A stretch of DNA of 61,860 nt, counting the filler, from Asterionella formosa (taxonomy: Eukaryota): NCBI GenBank assembly GCA_002256025.1. It is 9 parts of 9 records of this genome, joined end to end, with 100 filler letters (N's around TTAATTAATTAA, not from the genome) between each part and the next. Parts side by side here need not be neighbours in the genome. Positions count along the whole stretch, not along the records: positions 41,345 to 48,121 come from NKIB01012611.1; positions 48,222 to 54,998 come from NKIB01012612.1; positions 55,099 to 61,860 come from NKIB01012614.1; 6 more parts are not named here. One strand, written 5' to 3'. The position numbers and the translations under genes were made by a program. Below are positions 47,090 to 59,554 of the stretch, one piece after another; positions within the stretch are counted from its first letter, which is position 1; each line of letters starts with the position of its first letter. The notes beneath the pieces were generated by a model, which did not search any database, was not told where the DNA came from, and saw only the letters and a list, made by a program, of their open reading frames with translations.

Positions 47090-48221
47090 TTGTCATTGTG
47101 GGAAAATCTGGGTTTTGTGTACTCACGTAGAAATAAAATGAAATTTGTTATTCTTACATGCTGCACAAATTTAATAGATTATTTATTATAGTCAAAAAGG
47201 ACGAACTGTACTACTACTACCGGTACCAGTACAACGACATAAATGACAGCACCAGGTAGCAGGTACACGTAAGATATGCAATTATTCGAGAAAGCCAACC
47301 CTCCCTTTCAGTGGCATGTTATTCTCACCCTCATGAACAATTATCCACACCAGTCATGTCTTGAATCTCACCATTATAAGGAAGGGCAACCCTTAATTGT
47401 CCTCATCTTCCCATCAACAGATGCTGCCAGTATTACTGCTGTTTTTGTGGCTGATGCTAACAAGCTGCTTGTTGGGGAAAAGTGGTTATGTACTCAAGAT
47501 TGCACCAATACCACAAGGATTTCCAAGTTGCCGAATAAAAGAAACCTTCAAACATCGCTCTCACTGCAGACTGTGATCACTGAGATGGTTTTTGATAAGA
47601 ACTCCAATGGAGATAATACAACTGACCCAGAGGTGACTGTCCTAGTAACAGATAAGACCACAGAACGGAGCCAACTGATCAGCCCAATTTTCAGTAGCTC
47701 GGCCCTAAATCATGCTAGCACTATATACCTGGTACTCTGGTACCACCATGACTAATCATATCTATGCATGAATAGTGAGGGAGAGGAACTGTTTGGCAAA
47801 GAGGAGGGTTGTTGGGTTCTTCCATCTCTCTTTAGCCTTTGGTACTATGACGGTACCAGGTGAGTACCAGACAGGGTACTGGTATGTACCTTCTTTATGA
47901 TACCCCGGTATTTTTTCTTTTTATTCCCGGATAACACCACTTAGCCAATCAATTCATCGAAGTAACTTCGACACAATTACCGTCTTGTCCATTTCGTCTT
48001 TCTCCATATTTAGTCTGTGTTGTAGCTTCGTAGATACATCGCTGGAATATATGAAAGCGATCCATAGAATAATAGAATAATGAGCCAGGAATACTAAGTA
48101 GAAATAGCATAAATGGTTTTTNNNNNNNNNNNNNNNNNNNNNNNNNNNNNNNNNNNNNNNNNNNNTTAATTAATTAANNNNNNNNNNNNNNNNNNNNNNN
48201 NNNNNNNNNNNNNNNNNNNNN

Positions 48222-48506
48222 GGGGCCACCAGAAACGGAGGGATTGATTTCTGGAATGAGAGAGTATTCTCGAATAGTAAGTGAATCAAAGGACACGGAC
48301 TTTTTCAAAAGAGATTGCTTTGGTTTTGCTGTCAGACAGGAGCGCGTACGAGGAGGAGGAGGAGCGGATGTCAGAGACCTAACCAGTTCGGATACTTCAA
48401 TTTTAGAATCTAACGAAGACGTTATCGTTGCTGCTTTATCATGTCGACGCAGTTGAGGCAGAGAGAGGCTCCGGCGGTCAGAGTTGATCAAGGTAACTGG
48501 CATCAT
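48222..48506 (-). CDS. 5' part of an unknown protein with KSVSF...IREY...NPSVSGGP motif; truncated by linker
   Basis: ORF MMPVTL...LKKSVSFDSLTIREYSLIPEINPSVSGGP runs into the gap; from recall, the motif recurs in diatom proteins. Confidence 0.55.
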
Positions 48507-49739
48507 TGTGAAACAAATGTATCGGAAGAGGGAATCAGAGTTAGGTTCTATTCAGTTGTGCAACATGTAGTTAATGATTGGAAGGTAACATGAACAATGA
48601 TTGGTATGAAATCATTGTTCATTCGCATGTTTTGATTTCTCGGGTGGTACCTGGTACCTGGTACTAATACCACGTCAGACATCTACATATAGAAAGTGGT
48701 ATGACATCTTTGTTCATTCGCATTTCCGATTTCTCGAGTACCGCTACCAGGTCAGACAAAAACATTAGCAAAAGTGGTATGACATCCCGCAGCATACAAA
48801 ATTACGTATCTTAGATCATGAATCTATGTAGAGCCGAAGTACATAGGGCGGACACATTTACGTAAATAATGAATGATTACGAGTACCGGTGAAAGAAGTA
48901 TTGAAAATCTGAGTTGCTTGATGGTACCCTTGTACCAGTACTACTTCGTCGATGTGTGAACATGCATGCGCCTCTTCATCATCCGTAACTCAATCCAATG
49001 TCCAATGTACATAGTACATAGCCTACCAAAAAAAGAACAAAGATTTCACGACGACAGCCTTCAATGTTCCGTTGTTCGAAGGGAACCTATGAATAAACTG
49101 CTCTTCTGTTTTGGTACCACCATCCTACTAAGGGACAGGTACCTTGTATGCCGGGATCCCTTAGGTACATTGATAAGAATGGTGAGTAAATTGATGAACT
49201 AACCAAAAGATTATACTACACTGTATTAATATTAGCTAAAGAAATATCTAAATGCTGCGTTTCCGGCAATTGCATTTTGGAAATGAGAACACACACAAAT
49301 TTATTCGAATCATCATCATGTCGAAAAATTATTTCATGCTAAATAAAAGTCCAAAAGGTAGATAGTCCACTCCTCACTTCTAAACAAATGACAATGATCA
49401 ACATACGTACCGGTAGGTCTTCAGCATCACCAAGATGCGAAAAAGAGATCCTATATGTTCTTGATCGCCATAAATTCATCTCAAGATTGTTTGGAAGGAG
49501 CTGGAATTGTTGGAAGATTGTGGCTATGACTCCAAAAATTCTGATGTAGTTCAGGCTTGGTTTGAAATTAAATTATTCAAGAAAAGAATGTGGGATCACT
49601 ATTTCCTCTACTTTCAGAAGGTGAAGCATCAGATTAAGTCCAACTAATGAATAAATTATTTATCTTTCAACATTAAATTTTTTCAAGTAACTCTTTCCTT
49701 CTCCACTCTTTATTAACAGGAAGGTCATTGCAAGCCTAA

Positions 49740-50650
49740 GGTTTGCAATCTGCTAAGAATCACATCTTGCCTCACAGAGCTTCCAGGCAAAATACACAAC
49801 GGTTCCACAGTCAGTAAAAGTAGCCCACCAGTCATAATCCACCTGTTACCACCAATCTCAAAATTTCTCACGGAATCTTATTGGCAGGTTGCAGTCTCCA
49901 TGGCCAATTCCTTCCTTGCCAAAGCTAATTTGCTCAAACATTGATGGCTCTAGGCTTTGCATGAGGCCTTTCTCAGAATGAATTGGGCCCCCAGTCAGCA
50001 TGGCACTTCTACCCAATAGTACACCACACCTTTTGAGCTCATCTATGGGTTCAAGCCTAACCTTTGCTCCTTTTTTCTTTTGAGTGCATCAGATATTATT
50101 GTTGCCTTTGCCTTTGACAGCACCTGCAGTGCCCACACCAGTATTTAAAGTCAGAGGTTCACTCCTGGCATCACATTAAGTTGGGCTGATGCTGACACTT
50201 TAACAGGCAGGAATGCTCCTTATTTTTTCTGTGTCAATGGATTCTTACTCCATCTATGTGATACCATTGCTAATCCTTTCCCTGACATTATATGTGATGT
50301 TGGCTTTTATCTTTGGCTCTACACAGACTGTACAACCACTTCTGCTAAACCCTCTCACCCCAGTTGCACTGTGTTTGTCCATCTCACTCCTCAGGGAGAT
50401 GTTTCTGAGGGCCTGGTTAGAGCACTCCTCACCTCTTCTTTTGATTGACCTCCTGTATGGTGTCTCTCTCACTGCCTCCTTTAACAAACTCGATTTTCCA
50501 GATGAGGTCATCATCCCAGACTTTGTACTCCATGTCTCTCTGGATGGTGATGATGGCAATCCCCTTGCCCTTATCCTCCCTCCCTGGTTGAACTTTGGGT
50601 CACATTCACATTCACATCTCTTTCTCTCCTATAAGAAGTGGCTTGATGAG
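49740..50650 (+). mobile_element. Highly degenerate Copia (CoDi-like) integrase C-terminal relic
   Basis: Broken-frame TTPFELIYGFKPNL, GITL, FFCV, DVGF...L motifs; C/T-rich strand bias like the Copia at 14-17.9 kb. Confidence 0.5.
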
Positions 50651-50830
50651 TAAAAATTACCCGGTACCAGGTAGTAGTAATAGTAAACGGTCCAATTCCA
50701 TGCTGGGTAAGAAAATAAATTAACAAGAATTGTCCTCCCTATATAAGTATCTTTGTTTATTCACTCACTAGCTCACTGTCCTGCTGCTACTGCAAGCATC
50801 GAAATGGTGTCACATTTTGAGTATTTAACA

Positions 50831-51871
50831 TTACGCGAAATGAATCCCCCGTTCATTAAATTCACTAAGCAATTCCAAAAAGTCATCCAAATCCAATTTG
50901 CTTGCTCGCTTATCCTTCCACTTTTCACCAGTCGTTACTTCTTCCAAAATCTGTTGAATACTCTTGGTATCATTTTCATTGTCCATAGTATCATTCCCAT
51001 CATTCTCGTCTTTCATCATCATGGCTTGCATAGTCTTTCTATTGTCTTGTAACAATTTCATTGTTGGCTTTGTCATGAGGACACTTCGAAGTGTCTTATT
51101 TTTTCGATTGAACAATAGTCGCACCATGCCATCCCATTCTGTAAAATTAACAGGAGGAGGTGGGTTGCGCAATTCAATCCGTACAACACGTGATTCTACC
51201 TTGGGTGGGGGTCTAAAGTTGTTCCGTCCAACTTTAAGTAACTGATCTACCTTGGCAAGTAATTGTGTATTGACCGACAGTCGACAATACAGGGCCTCCC
51301 CCGGTCGTGCTGTCAATCGCAATGCAAATTCTTCTTGAAACATTAAAATAGCACACCTAAACATGGGACGGTGTGATAGTAATTTAAAAACAAGAGCAGA
51401 CGAAATTTGATATGGAACATTCGCAACACAAACATCAAAGAATGGCCATTTCGTTTGAATGGCATCTCCTTGAATGACTTGTAGTTTGGTAGCATCTGAC
51501 GTTTGTTCGACACGTTTCAATACTTCACGGACCATGCGTGTATCATATTCCATGGCAACGACTTTTTTACAGTCACGTAATAATGGGATTGTTAAATTCC
51601 CCGTCCCTGGTCCGATTTCAAAAACAACATCCGTTGCTTTAATGGCAGCCTTTTTAATAATGGCAGTCACGACGGCTGGGTTTTTTAGAAAATGTTGACC
51701 TAGTCCGGTGTTCGGAGCAATCAAGTTAGTTCCAGTTGCAGCACTATTGTTACTACCGTGATGAGAAGAAGAAGAAGATTCTGGTTTGGGAGTAAAGGAA
51801 TTGGATTCATCCATTCGATAGGGAGCATTTGTGGTGCCACGACGTTTGGAGGGCTTGCTAGCCTTTGGCAT
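50831..51871 (-). CDS. DIM1: 18S rRNA m6,2A dimethyltransferase Dim1
   Basis: GQHFLKNP, VFEIGPGTGNLT, VANVPYQISS, MFQEEFALRL, YCRLSVNTQLLA, NFRPPPKVES; first plausible ATG is MPKASK. Confidence 0.96.
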   Translation of the reverse strand: MPKASKPSKRRGTTNAPYRMDESNSFTPKPESSSSSHHGSNNSAATGTNLIAPNTGLGQHFLKNPAVVTAIIKKAAIKATDVVFEIGPGTGNLTIPLLRDCKKVVAMEYDTRMVREVLKRVEQTSDATKLQVIQGDAIQTKWPFFDVCVANVPYQISSALVFKLLSHRPMFRCAILMFQEEFALRLTARPGEALYCRLSVNTQLLAKVDQLLKVGRNNFRPPPKVESRVVRIELRNPPPPVNFTEWDGMVRLLFNRKNKTLRSVLMTKPTMKLLQDNRKTMQAMMMKDENDGNDTMDNENDTKSIQQILEEVTTGEKWKDKRASKLDLDDFLELLSEFNERGIHFA

Positions 51872-52399
51872 GGTGTATATAATCCTTCTATAGAGCAGAA
51901 CAGTTTCAGTTCCGCCACTCAATGATCCCAAGATGTGGTAGGGTTGTAAATAGAACAAACGATCGGTGTAGTGTGTGGAATGAAAATTGAAAAGAACACC
52001 AGCAAAATACAGAATGCAGAACAAAGAAAATCCTTGTTGGGTGATGCATGACGACATAAATCTTTTGAACCGGTATAACCATATATACCATATATATTAT
52101 GCAAAATACCATTTTGGTGGCCATCATTGCTTGATCCTCAAGGTATTTTGGGAGGATGACGTATGGTGGACGGACCGAACTGAAACACGTTCATGTGTAC
52201 CTAGTAGGTGGTACCTGGGAAGGTCCGGTAATCGAGATACTTAGCTTAATCCTTGTAAAAGCAAAAACCGTGTTTTACCGGACCTTCCTGGTACCATGTA
52301 GCAAAAGAAGTTCAACAGTTCATGATAGAGGTAATAGAATTTAGAGAATTATGTCATGCATCTTCTGAAACCAATTTCAGTTGACCTAGGAACATGCTG

Positions 52400-54850
52400 C
52401 CGCTAACATCATACAGAGGCCGCCTCCTACACCATCATCATCTCATCCTCCTGCCTCCCTTCAATGCTCTTAATGCATGCCTGGCCTCATTCCTTTCACT
52501 TTGATTCTGAAACTCCTCTGACTGCCTTCTGCCTCTCCCCTTTCCTTTTGCTCGCTCTGATTCTGAATTCGCATGCACTAGCTATTCTATTGTTTTATCC
52601 ATATTGATTTCCTCAATATACTAACGATGAGAAGGAGTTACTAATTCGCCATGTTTTTTTAAATCCGAACTCAGCAGTTCCATTTTATCATGCTTCAACT
52701 ACCATAAATCGATGAACTTTTTGCATGATTCAGTAAAATAATGTGTCAGTCGAAGATCACATCAGTACACATCAAGAAATCGTTCCACCAATAATTATCC
52801 TGAACGATAAAAAACATGCATTGTTGGTTTCACACTGAATGCAAAATGAGCTATTGCATTGCTTGAGAAGAAAACAAAATCATTTTGTCCTTGTGAAACC
52901 CAACAATCTATCATCCTGGTATGTGCCCTTGTTGATGTACTACCATAGATTCCATTCACTTTACCATTTTCATATCTTGTCGGATGCATCATTGTGCTTT
53001 ATTGTCGCCTCAGCTTTCCATTTGATGTTGCTGATGTGAATTTTCTTTTCAGGATGTTTACCGGTATCCGTTAAACATGATTTCAAATGTATTAGCCATG
53101 TATAGCTACATTTATGACAATTTGTATATATATATACATATAAATACATGCGCCTTTATGAAGAGAGACAAATTCACATGTAAAAACATCAAATTGAAAG
53201 TACTAGCAGACCTGAATTAAAAGTAAAATATTTTAAAAGGCGTTTACAACAATCACCGACTATACCAATTATCATGACCTTAATAGCATCTCGAAAAGGC
53301 AAAGCCTTGCCTCGAAAGAAGTTGCCTTCTGAAGAGCTCGACAGCATTCAGATTTGCCTTTAACGATGTGAGTAGGGAGCTAGAAGCTAACAAGGCTACT
53401 AACAAAGGTGAAAAATGCTTTCTTGGTGCCTTATCTGGGATAGTAAAAGCTGTTAGCTATGAAACGCATTATCCCTTGGATACTATTTGTTAACCAACAA
53501 GTGAAAAAAGAATTAAAACGAAGTGCTAAACGAAAAGTTAAGTCTACTACTACATATACTTCTCCTTCACTAATGCAGCCATCAACAGCAACCATGTCTA
53601 CCCTCAAACCTGACCAGTATGAACCTACATAACCACTTTTGTTGAATGCTGATGGCAGCGCTGCCATACTTTTTCCTAGCTACCTCATTCATAATTCATA
53701 TGAAGTTGTCGAGGAGGAAGGCAGAGGATGAAAACAATGAAAGCGTGGGTGACTGTTTTGTGGCGTTCTTCATGCTTGTACTAGCTAATGGAAAGTTAGA
53801 AAACGCTTGTTTCAATATGAATGTCTCAAAAGCAAAACGTAAAGCAATTACTCACCTTAAAAGCAGATCACAAGCAGTATCTTACAATTAACAAGATTGA
53901 CATTGTTGGTTTGGTGAATGTGGCATGGGAAACCTCCTTCTTTGCAAACAATATTGCGACAAGCAAGCAAGAAAGGGATTTCCGAACAAGTATGGTTTCC
54001 CATGAGCCATAATGCCTTGCTGTACCCTGAGATTCAATTAGCCCAACCTCAACAGAAGATTAGAGGCTAGTCGAAGCTAGAAAGGGAAAGGAGACAGCAG
54101 TTGCATACATCGAAGGACACAAGAAAGGATAACAGCAGGACTACTGGCCTCTGCACAAATATTGCGAATTGGACATGTCATTAGAACAAAAGAAACAAAA
54201 AGGCAGCAAGAGTTCTTCACTTTTTGAGAAAAAGTACTCCTGACATTGAAGGAACAGGAAAGGGCAGAAAAGAATAAAACAAAAGAACAAATGTTGAACT
54301 TGAATGTGCATTGGTACAGATGACCAGGTGATTTGCCTTTTGCACAAACAAGCAAGGCAAGTTCTAATTACAAGATTTGATGGCACTATCACTGTGTTGA
54401 CCAGCAGCTGCCAATTCCTCTCTATGAACCTCCTCCTGCTGTGGTTGCTGCTGCTGCTGATTTGGCTGTGGCTGCACCCCCTCCTGTTGCAATTGCTGCT
54501 ACTGGTCCCACTAATGATTCACCATTCTTCTATGGTATAAGTTTGAGACTCTGCAAGTAATTAAATAAGAAGCTTGTGATTTATGTAATGTATCAGAATA
54601 ATTCTCTTATTAAGTTGCCCTGCAAAAGAGGGAATATATATTCATTTGTTGATAGAAAATAATGAACTGTAAGAACAAGCCACTGCCGGTACAAAACAAT
54701 CTTGATGACTTTGAAAAAAATGGATCTTCATGGCTTCGTACACTAAATCAAAACAGATTATACTAATTATAATTGTATAGCATAGAGCATCATCTAACGC
54801 ACACTTTGTACTTGCATCAGTTTTGATGATCATTTCATTACATAAAGCTA
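52400..54850 (+). mobile_element. Possible degenerate DDE (pogo/Tc5-like) transposon relic
   Basis: AT-rich, only broken ORFs; fragments such as WYR*PGDLP and charged helical stretches recall diatom DDE-transposase C-termini. No clear TIR seen. Confidence 0.25.
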
Positions 54851-55814
54851 AATATTATAGTCCGAAGATACGGAGTAAAATACTGGTCGCTTATCTTTTT
54901 TAGCAATGTACAGATTTTTAACTGGTACCGTTACACCTTAAATTATTTGGCAAAGGAGGCATCAATGACCCTTAATTAAAAAGGACATTTGGAAGAAANN
55001 NNNNNNNNNNNNNNNNNNNNNNNNNNNNNNNNNNNNNNNNNNTTAATTAATTAANNNNNNNNNNNNNNNNNNNNNNNNNNNNNNNNNNNNNNNNNNNNTT
55101 CTAATCCCACCTTATTGTGAGCTTATTTGATCTATCTTGTAATCGTTCACATGACCAATTATTAAGGTTCTCTTCCCAAATTTGTATATAGATATTCATT
55201 GTGTTGTTAGACATTCAATTCTCAACTGACAACTCAACTCCACTCACTTAGTAGAACAATCGTGAATATTCAATGCTATCTGCATTGCATATATACCTTT
55301 CCTTCATTGAAATATTGATTACTTAGAACATTCTCCATTCGAATATTTACCTTGGTTTGCTGATATAGTTCTTGGCAATCAATGCTGTTCAAATTCTCAC
55401 AGCATTTCAATACGGGATTTTGGCTGGAATATTATTCAAGATTGATTAGTTCGACTGAACTAATTTGCACGCAGTACTAAATCTTGACAGCTAGGGTGGG
55501 GATTGCCAGGGTAGGTACAACATCATCGGTAATTAAAAATTCTTCAACTTGCTCAATTCTGATCATGACGGGATAAATAAGCAATTGTAAAATCGAATAA
55601 AAGGCTACAAATTGCGGCGTTCGATTCGCAGTGTCTAAGACAGAGAACGAAAACAAACGATTCTGATTGAGAAATAGGGGAACGCATACACTCAAAACTC
55701 GCGCAGCAAATGTGCAAGGCGTTAATTTAAGGACTGGAAAAAGGACAGGAACTAGCTTGCATCATCAATATGGTGAAAGTATGCTCGACGCTGCGAGATT
55801 GTATAGACCCAGTA

Positions 55815-57701
55815 ATGAGTACGTCAACGAGACCTAGCCTTATGCTAATCCTGATCTGGTGCATTGTAGTCCAATCTCTTGCATTCCAATCGAATGCTGG
55901 ACAATTGCAACGTACGAGGCCTTTTTCGGCGCAATGGTCGAATCCACATGTCGTGCCGATATCAGAATCGTTATCAACTCTGATTAGCCGACGGCAAGCT
56001 TTACTTGCCACCTCCGCAGCATCCCTAGCTTTATTGAGTATCTCATTCCCAGCCAAAGCTTCCGGCAGCTGTGGACTAGATGATATTACGTTGGGTCAAG
56101 GGCGCTGGACGCCCCAGAATGAGGCACTCCCAATTGTTAACGTGAAGTCTGGCATTCCTGCAACCTTTTGCACCTATGCCTCGCGATTTCTAATACGGTA
56201 CGACGAGGGGTTTAGAAATTGGTGGAATAATATACAGCAGTCTTATTCGTTATTACCTGACGACAGAAAACAGGCCAAATCATTTAATACCTTTGGCTGC
56301 TTGGCCAGGTCAATCCAGTTGGCCTTGGATCGCTATTTGCTTCACGACGGGTCGACGACTCTAAATAAACGATACGAAGACTTGGCTTCTGTATTCCTTC
56401 ATAATTACGGTGATGAAGACAGAGAAGCCAGGCGGCACATTGCTCTCTTATTTGCAATGCTTCCGGTAGTAAATCAGCCAGTCATGATTCTACAGCAACT
56501 AGTGGCAGACATGCCTAGCAGAGGCCACCTCACCGATGGTTTCTCCAAATTTATTCCCAACACTCCACCCCCATCATTTATGAAAGATCTTACAGTACTT
56601 CTTCCGAATGACTTTCGAGCCATTCGCGTCAAGCGACGTGGCGCATATACAATTTTCCCTCCACTATCTATGCACGAAGCCGGCGCTGACGGCGAATTCG
56701 CCTTTTCAACAATAGCAGGTCCTCTGGCGGTAAATCCGCTGAAACGTGAACAACCCGAATTTACAACGGTCATGTACGGCCTTTTCGGTATCAGTGGAGC
56801 CACGTCGTGTGCCCTGACGCATATGTCTGTAATCCCGTTGGATGTCGTCAAGACTAGAATGCAAACTGATCCTGAAGATTCCAAAAATATTTTGGATCGA
56901 GCGGCTAAAATTTTTGAAAAAGAAGGATTGCAAGGCTTGTTCCTTGGTAGTCAAGCCACACTAGCTGCATATTTGTGGTATGGAATGAGTGTTTATCCGA
57001 GCTATACATTTTTCAAACGCCTTCTCGCACACTCCTTATCGCCCGACATTGTCACCATTCATACCAATGATATTGCCTTGATCGCTGGAGCAATGGCTTC
57101 AGCGATAGCAAGCATTGGTGTGACACCTATGGAAGCCTGCAGAATACGAACTGTTGCAGAACCTTTTGTCTACAAATCAAAAGGGCTTGTGGGTACCATC
57201 AAGGCAATTTCTACGGAAGACGCAAACCGTGGGTGGACTAAACTCTATGCCGGTTTACCTTCGTTACTTACGCGACAAGTTATTTTTGGATCCATTAAGT
57301 TTGTGGCTTTTGAAAGGACTTGCGAGGTCATCTACCACTCATGGCCTGTATTGCATGATGCAGCTTGGACATCGCTTGGAGTTAGTCTGGTCGCTGGCGG
57401 AATCGCTGGTGTCCTGTCAAGTATAGTGAGTCAACCTGCTGACTCCGTCTTGACATATGTATCTCAAAACAACGGGAGTGGAAAATCCAGTTTGGGAGTA
57501 CTCGAAGGAAGTCGACTTATGATCGAGCAGGGAGGTTTTGGCTCGCTTTTCCGGGGCCTAGGAAGTCGCTGTGTCTGGGCTGGAAGCATTATTGGAGGGC
57601 AGTTTCTTTTGTATGATGTCTTTCGAACTTACTTTGGGGTGAATGGAGATGATCTTGAACAAATTTATGAAGTTGTTGTTAAGACTGTTGTGGAACAGTA
57701 A
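55815..57701 (+). CDS. Mitochondrial-carrier-family (phosphate carrier-like) protein with long N-terminal extension and plastid/twin-Arg presequence
   Basis: Three MCF signatures PLDVVKTRMQ, PMEACRIR, QPADSVLT; PiC-like CALTH, RQVIFGSIKF, QFLLYD; leader ...VQSLA-FQ then SRRQALLATSAASLALLSISFPAKA. Confidence 0.88.
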   Translation: MSTSTRPSLMLILIWCIVVQSLAFQSNAGQLQRTRPFSAQWSNPHVVPISESLSTLISRRQALLATSAASLALLSISFPAKASGSCGLDDITLGQGRWTPQNEALPIVNVKSGIPATFCTYASRFLIRYDEGFRNWWNNIQQSYSLLPDDRKQAKSFNTFGCLARSIQLALDRYLLHDGSTTLNKRYEDLASVFLHNYGDEDREARRHIALLFAMLPVVNQPVMILQQLVADMPSRGHLTDGFSKFIPNTPPPSFMKDLTVLLPNDFRAIRVKRRGAYTIFPPLSMHEAGADGEFAFSTIAGPLAVNPLKREQPEFTTVMYGLFGISGATSCALTHMSVIPLDVVKTRMQTDPEDSKNILDRAAKIFEKEGLQGLFLGSQATLAAYLWYGMSVYPSYTFFKRLLAHSLSPDIVTIHTNDIALIAGAMASAIASIGVTPMEACRIRTVAEPFVYKSKGLVGTIKAISTEDANRGWTKLYAGLPSLLTRQVIFGSIKFVAFERTCEVIYHSWPVLHDAAWTSLGVSLVAGGIAGVLSSIVSQPADSVLTYVSQNNGSGKSSLGVLEGSRLMIEQGGFGSLFRGLGSRCVWAGSIIGGQFLLYDVFRTYFGVNGDDLEQIYEVVVKTVVEQ

Positions 57702-57871
57702 ACGTCATATTTTAGAATGTAAAACGCAACAATAATAGTTCACACCAAAGAGTGCGGTCACCTCGTACAATGGCTATATCAACCCCCACAGTCACAAAAC
57801 TTCACTCCCTTCTACCTACAACACACTATTCATTTTTTGAATAATTTCCTTACGGTTTCTTTTACCTCACA

Positions 57872-59554
57872 CTATGACTCTCCCATCCATCCTGGGTGTA
57901 CAATATTTAAATATCCTATCACCGTCGCGTACAGCAAACTGGAAAATGTGATGGTAAGAAATATGCTACCTCCTAGTTGACTATTGAAGGTTTCATTTCT
58001 GAGTTTGGCAAGATCTTCCTTGTTGCGGGGAAGCAAGCCCAAGAATAAAATTCCAGAAACTTGCAAAATGCTCGTCAACAAGGTCAATTTTATCATGCCA
58101 TTCAATTCGCCTCGTCCCAGAGCTCCCTCGCTGACATCCCAAATACCCAACATCATCGTAGAAAGAGCCCTATGTACAGTATTCGCACTGTTGGAAACAG
58201 TGGTGAACATTGCATAAGAAGCACCCTCACTTCCGTCAGGGCATAAATTTACCATCATAATTGTGGTTGGCAAGAATTGAATTCCAAGCACAAACTCCGA
58301 CAAGGCTTCATCGCCCAGGGCAAAGAAGAAGTTGGACATACCAAAAGTCATACCCTTGATCAACAATACCTGCAGTACAGAGAAACACGCACATATTGAC
58401 GTTGTCATAAAATAAATATATCGCCAACTCCAGGTCATAAAAAACCTCTTGTACATGATAACTCCTGCATATAGTAAGGCATGGGCGACAACCAGAATGT
58501 AATTCAGCTCACTGGATGTAAAATGCAGAACAGTCCTCAAGTATTGCTTCCATGCTGCGTTTCCCACATGCAAAACATTATAAAGAAACTTGAATCCCAT
58601 GGGTTGCCACACAGCTCGACTGCACACAGTGCTCCATATTTCTCGACACTGCTCAGGCGTTGATTTCATCTTGTCAGCATCATACCGATTTTCTTGAAGA
58701 CAGAACACTACTGGAAGCATCGCTAGCGGCATGAATGCAAGCCAAGCTATAAGGCACCGAGGCCCATACGAGCTATACAAAGCAGTAGCAAGGGGTGAAG
58801 AAATCAGCAATCCGAAGAAGCGAAATGCGTAGCATGTTGATTGAATGTTCCCCCTTTGTAATTCAAGCTTCGACTTTTCCGCCACAACTGCATCAGCCAT
58901 GACATCCGCCCACCACATACCGATACCAAAACCAAGAATGCACAGAGATAAGAAGGGAATAGAAGGGGCATCTGGTGGCACATTTGTAATAGTAGAACCG
59001 TCATCATCGTCTCTGTGTATTAACTTGAGATTTGAGTTGAGCATCAACAGAAATAGCGAGAAGCTGGACATGCACCATCCCATCAGCATGTACGACTTGC
59101 GCCGAAACCCTCCAAAGGGAACGTTGTCTGAAATGAAACCAAAAACCAGTTTGAACGAAGCTGGAAGGAGACGAACCGAGGTGATCGTGGTTTGTTGTGC
59201 TTCTGACGCGCCCAGGTCGAGGGGGTAAACATTGCAAAGAGGTCCGGCAATGCCCTGGAGCATACCGACCATGAGGTAGCACGCCGGGAGGGCGAGGTTT
59301 TCAAGTCTAAAGAGCTGGCACTTCCTCGGGACTGTAGGAGGGAACAACCAATCATAAACTGGTTTCGATAGCCAAAATTCATCTCGATGGTCTGATTCAA
59401 GTGGTTTTTCTTCTTTGACTTTCCCCTTCTTAAACAAAAGTGGCTTTGATTCGATCTCGAACTGATTGTGGATGCCTGACTGCGCTTGTTCCTCGTCGTT
59501 AAGTTCAATGGCACTCTTTCGAGATATCAGCTGCCCTCGTCCTTTACCACTCAT
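57872..59554 (-). CDS. Folate-biopterin transporter (BT1/FBT, MFS)
   Basis: LPASFKLVFGFISDNVPFGGFRRKSYM, ADVMADA, RGNIQS, LCPDGSEGASYAMFTT; about 12 TM segments. Confidence 0.9.
   Translation of the reverse strand: MSGKGRGQLISRKSAIELNDEEQAQSGIHNQFEIESKPLLFKKGKVKEEKPLESDHRDEFWLSKPVYDWLFPPTVPRKCQLFRLENLALPACYLMVGMLQGIAGPLCNVYPLDLGASEAQQTTITSVRLLPASFKLVFGFISDNVPFGGFRRKSYMLMGWCMSSFSLFLLMLNSNLKLIHRDDDDGSTITNVPPDAPSIPFLSLCILGFGIGMWWADVMADAVVAEKSKLELQRGNIQSTCYAFRFFGLLISSPLATALYSSYGPRCLIAWLAFMPLAMLPVVFCLQENRYDADKMKSTPEQCREIWSTVCSRAVWQPMGFKFLYNVLHVGNAAWKQYLRTVLHFTSSELNYILVVAHALLYAGVIMYKRFFMTWSWRYIYFMTTSICACFSVLQVLLIKGMTFGMSNFFFALGDEALSEFVLGIQFLPTTIMMVNLCPDGSEGASYAMFTTVSNSANTVHRALSTMMLGIWDVSEGALGRGELNGMIKLTLLTSILQVSGILFLGLLPRNKEDLAKLRNETFNSQLGGSIFLTITFSSLLYATVIGYLNIVHPGWMGES

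Noticed and set aside
50831..52057. Extended N-termini in the ORF track (DIM1 52057, ABC1 1162, TIP41 10408, SET 39431, BT1 59569)
   Set aside because: Most use non-ATG starts or UTR-like sequence; downstream ATGs fit the family or presequence better.
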